Shown: piece by piece, positions 61,517 through 64,000 of the stretch | Position numbering within the stretch: the first letter of the stretch is position 1 | How the letters are laid out: each line of letters starts with the position of its first letter | Source: Capsulimonadaceae bacterium | GTDB taxonomy: Bacteria; Armatimonadota; Armatimonadia; Armatimonadales; Capsulimonadaceae | NCBI GenBank assembly: GCA_965200075.1 | Contig: OZ241338.1 | Coordinates: 2,007,898 to 2,071,897 of the forward strand | Direction of reading: 5' to 3' | Length of the DNA: 64,000 nucleotides | Made by a program: the position numbers and the translations under genes | Notes under the pieces: generated by a model | The model's database searches: none | Told to the model about the DNA's origin: nothing | Seen by the model: only the letters and a program-made list of their open reading frames with translations

Positions 61517-62440
61517 CTATCCGTAGATTTTCGTCATCATCTGGTCAAACGAGAGTGGGTCCACGCCGAAGACTTCTTTGACCGCCTGCGAGGTGGTGAT
61601 ATTGTCGCGCTCCAGATTTCGGAGCTGATCGCGGGTCACCGGGGGCTTGGACAGGATTTTTTCCATGACGCTCGCCGCAACAAACAGCAGGGGGATGGGG
61701 GCGTGGAGCAAACGCTTTTTGGGGACGCCCAGGCCCCGCGCAAAGCCTTTCAGCAGCTCATTGAACGAAAGCTGCGTCGCCCCGCCGACTTCGTAAAGCT
61801 GATTGATGGTTGTCCCCGTGGTCAGCGATTTGACCACGCACGACGCCAAGTCGTCGGCCCAGATCGGCTGGAACAAATTGAAGCCCGGTCCCGGCACCGG
61901 GATCACCGGGAACGGCCCGGAAGGCAGGCCGCCGTGCAGCACTAAATCTTTCATCTGCGCCACAAACTCGCCATCGGCCCCCAGGACCAGCGAAGGCCGA
62001 AAAATGGTGTATGGCAGGCCGCTTCCGATGACAATTCGCTCGGCCTGATACTTCGTGCGGGAGTATTCCGCAGGAGCAGTCTGCGAAGCGCCAATCGCGC
62101 TCATATAGATAAAGCGCCCGTCAAAGCCATTACGCTTGGCCTCGTCGACCACCGTGCGGGTGCCTCCGACATGAATACGCTGAAACGTCTGCCCTTTTTT
62201 CTTGTTTTCCTGAATGATCCCCACCAGATGTATCAGCGCATCGGCGTCCTTGAACATTTCCGGGGTGAACGTGACGGCGTCGGCAATGTCCACGCCGCGC
62301 ACGTACTCGACGCCGTCCACCTGATTCTTGCGGACGGGAATCTGGCGCACCAAGCCGCGCACGGGCAAGCCGACTTTCACCAGGGCGGCGCAAATGTGCC
62401 GCCCGACAAACCCGGATGCTCCGGTGACTACCACTGTCAT
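61517..62440 (-). CDS. NAD(P)H-binding atypical SDR (NmrA/NDUFA9-like)
   Basis: MTVVVTGASGFVGRHICAAL Rossmann motif and YSRTK. Confidence 0.8.
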   Translation of the reverse strand: MTVVVTGASGFVGRHICAALVKVGLPVRGLVRQIPVRKNQVDGVEYVRGVDIADAVTFTPEMFKDADALIHLVGIIQENKKKGQTFQRIHVGGTRTVVDEAKRNGFDGRFIYMSAIGASQTAPAEYSRTKYQAERIVIGSGLPYTIFRPSLVLGADGEFVAQMKDLVLHGGLPSGPFPVIPVPGPGFNLFQPIWADDLASCVVKSLTTGTTINQLYEVGGATQLSFNELLKGFARGLGVPKKRLLHAPIPLLFVAASVMEKILSKPPVTRDQLRNLERDNITTSQAVKEVFGVDPLSFDQMMTKIYG

Positions 62441-62587
62441 AACTGCTGTCCTGCCTTTTGGGAATGTTTAGGAAAAAGAGTCCTACGCTGAAAACCTGCC
62501 TTTATGATACCCGAAGATGCCGGAGAAATAAAATCGGCAGGACATTGGGCGGGCGCAGCAGGAAAACTGAAGGAGACATAAACTAGA

Positions 62588-62616
62588 AAAGACAGCCCGT
62601 TACAGGGGCTGTCTTT
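62588..62616. other. 11-bp-stem hairpin in an AT-richer intergenic region
   Basis: aaagacagccc-gttacag-gggctgtcttt. T-rich after the stem on the minus strand, and 30 nt upstream of the small ORF on the plus strand. Confidence 0.5.
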
Positions 62617-62646
62617 CCCAATTTGGGCAGAAGGGAGGTGATCCTT

Positions 62647-62742
62647 ATGTCCAGGAAACTGCGGCGGGTCTTTGTCAAAATACGCCCCGTCGCCCAAACC
62701 ATCGCAACGATTGTGCGGATACTTAAAAGCCTCAGCTTCTAA
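62647..62742 (+). CDS. Unlisted 31-codon ORF with near-perfect Shine-Dalgarno
   Basis: aagggaggtgatcctt-ATG; MSRKLRRVFVKIRPVAQTIATIVRILKSLSF*; a terminator follows 13 nt after the stop. Confidence 0.45.
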   Translation: MSRKLRRVFVKIRPVAQTIATIVRILKSLSF

Positions 62743-62754
62743 AATTCGCTCAAG

Positions 62755-62791
62755 AAGAAGGGGGCCGCCGCCAAGCGGTTCCCTTCTTTTT
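62755..62791 (+). terminator. Rho-independent terminator
   Basis: aagaaggg-gg-ccgc-cgccaa-gcgg-tt-cccttctt, followed by a T-run. Confidence 0.6.
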
Positions 62792-63175
62792 GCCGCCCTG
62801 CGGCAGCAAATCGTACACCTGCATTCCTATCTTGACATATCGGCACGGCCTTGTCAAGACTTCATTTGTATGCCGCGCCATCGGAGCCGTATCTCACGCC
62901 AAAGATCGCCCGCGCAGCCTGCCGAAGTAAACCCCTACCGTTCGCCTTGCGCTGCATACTCTGAAGCACCCGCGCACTTCAAATCGTTTGCCCGCCCGAG
63001 CGCGGCTGACCTTTTCTTAGCGATTTTATATAAAAGGTTGAAGTTGGAGTGTAGATGTGGCACAATAAGGATACATTTTCATTACGCCACAGTTTTTGAT
63101 GCGCTTCCAAGCACATTTCACCGGTCCGCGCAGCCGAAGACTCCCAGAAGACATAGAATTTCAGGAGACAATCCC

Positions 63176-64000
63176 ATGCCCGCCGCCGACTTAACATCCG
63201 CCCCGAAAACCAGACGACGTATTAAACTTCCCTATCTGCGCCCCCCGCGTAAGCGCGATTCGCTGGCCGAGCGGCGCATGCAGCTTGCCGACGAGACCGT
63301 CCGCGATGCCCGCAAAGAGCGGCAGGCGATGCTGCGCTTTCTGGCCTATCTGAAGCCCTACCTGCCCCTGTTCGGGTTCGCCACGCTTTGCGGCGTCGCC
63401 AACTACGCCCTCGGCGCGGTCGTGCCGAGCGTCACCGGCTATGTGATTGACCGCATTATCGGACGCACCGCCCCGGCGGCGCATCCGGGGCACACCAACC
63501 GGCTGTACCCGGTGCTGGACCGGTTCGTGCATCACTTTGAGCCGCACGCCGGGCCGGTCGGGCAGGCGAACTTCCTGCTGGGGGCGGTCATCGCCGCCCT
63601 GCTGCTGGTCGGCGGGGTGGTGTTCCTGCGCGGGTTTTTAGTCGGCATCGGCGGGCAGCTTGTCATCTTCAAGCTCCGCAACGATCTTTATGAGCATATT
63701 CAGGGCTTGTCGCTGTCGTTCTTCCAGCAGAACCGTTCGGGCAGCATTGTCTCGCGCCTGACATCAGATATTGCGCTGGCGCAGAACTTTATCGGCAATG
63801 CCTGCACGCTTTTGTGGATGGATTCGCTGTCGGTCATCGGCATTGCGATCTGGCTGTTTCTGCTGTCGCCGCGTATGGCATTGGTGTCTCTGGCCGTGCT
63901 GCCGATCTGGGTGTGCAGCGTGCGCTTCTTCGGGCAGCGTATCCGCAAGGCATCCCACGCCGTGCAGGAAGGGCTGTCGGAGATGTCCGGGCAGGTGCAG
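63176..64000 (+). CDS. ABC exporter, fused permease/ATPase type (MsbA-like), 3' partial
   Basis: caggagacaatccc-ATG. TMD motifs LRFLAYLKPYLPLFGFA… and LSFFQQNRSGSIVSRLTSDI. The frame is open to the window end, and also upstream to 62642. Confidence 0.85.
   Translation, partial: MPAADLTSAPKTRRRIKLPYLRPPRKRDSLAERRMQLADETVRDARKERQAMLRFLAYLKPYLPLFGFATLCGVANYALGAVVPSVTGYVIDRIIGRTAPAAHPGHTNRLYPVLDRFVHHFEPHAGPVGQANFLLGAVIAALLLVGGVVFLRGFLVGIGGQLVIFKLRNDLYEHIQGLSLSFFQQNRSGSIVSRLTSDIALAQNFIGNACTLLWMDSLSVIGIAIWLFLLSPRMALVSLAVLPIWVCSVRFFGQRIRKASHAVQEGLSEMSGQVQ

Noticed and set aside
62437-62697. 86-aa minus-strand ORF, and 62979..63197(-).
   Set aside because: They lie in the AT-richer spacer and cross a strong hairpin. 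They have no SD and atypical composition. The short plus-strand ORF with a perfect SD is the better explanation for this region.

Overview
High-GC bacterial chromosomal window, densely coding with about 60 genes and mostly housekeeping. No phylum is claimed from sequence alone.

Left to right:
- A pseudopilin-like membrane protein (5' partial).
- A menaquinone/isoprenoid pair (polyprenyl synthase, UbiE/MenG).
- hslV and hslU, split by an inserted secreted-protein gene; hslU is frameshifted in an A8 run.
- A tightly overlapping chain: moaD, moaE, rimI, clpS, class III aminotransferase, rtcA, S46 peptidase.
- Three tRNAs (Lys-CTT, Gly-TCC, Arg-TCT) with near-consensus promoters.
- GAF, Dabb, TetR and SDR genes.
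- An nrdR-nrdJ operon. The class II ribonucleotide reductase ORF is 2581 codons because it carries four inteins. It also has a repeat-containing acidic N-terminal extension. A free-standing LAGLIDADG-like ORF follows it in an AT-richer patch.
- A PoxB-like TPP enzyme, an AraC-family gene remnant, an esterase, an epimerase and a HEAT-repeat protein.
- A proline catabolism pair.
- A Hanks kinase plus a coiled-coil membrane protein.
- A roughly 14 kb exosortase/EpsI/PEP-CTERM polysaccharide locus: GT26, five further glycosyltransferases (four GT4-like, one GT2), a SIS/GmhA-like protein and a 1002-aa FN3-rich secreted protein.
- Thioredoxin-2, NUDIX, a membrane GHKL sensor, CobB, a matrixin lipoprotein, RecQ, several small hypotheticals, and a partial ABC exporter.

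Most notable signals:
- The four-intein NrdJ and its neighbouring homing-endonuclease-like gene.
- A mosaic family of nested palindromic intergenic repeats at six or more loci, one of which supplies an SD and start codon.
- The hslU homopolymer frameshift, which removes the canonical C-terminal tail.
- An unlisted 31-codon ORF with a near-perfect SD and its own terminator.

No CRISPR array, transposase, integrase or recognisable defence system was seen.
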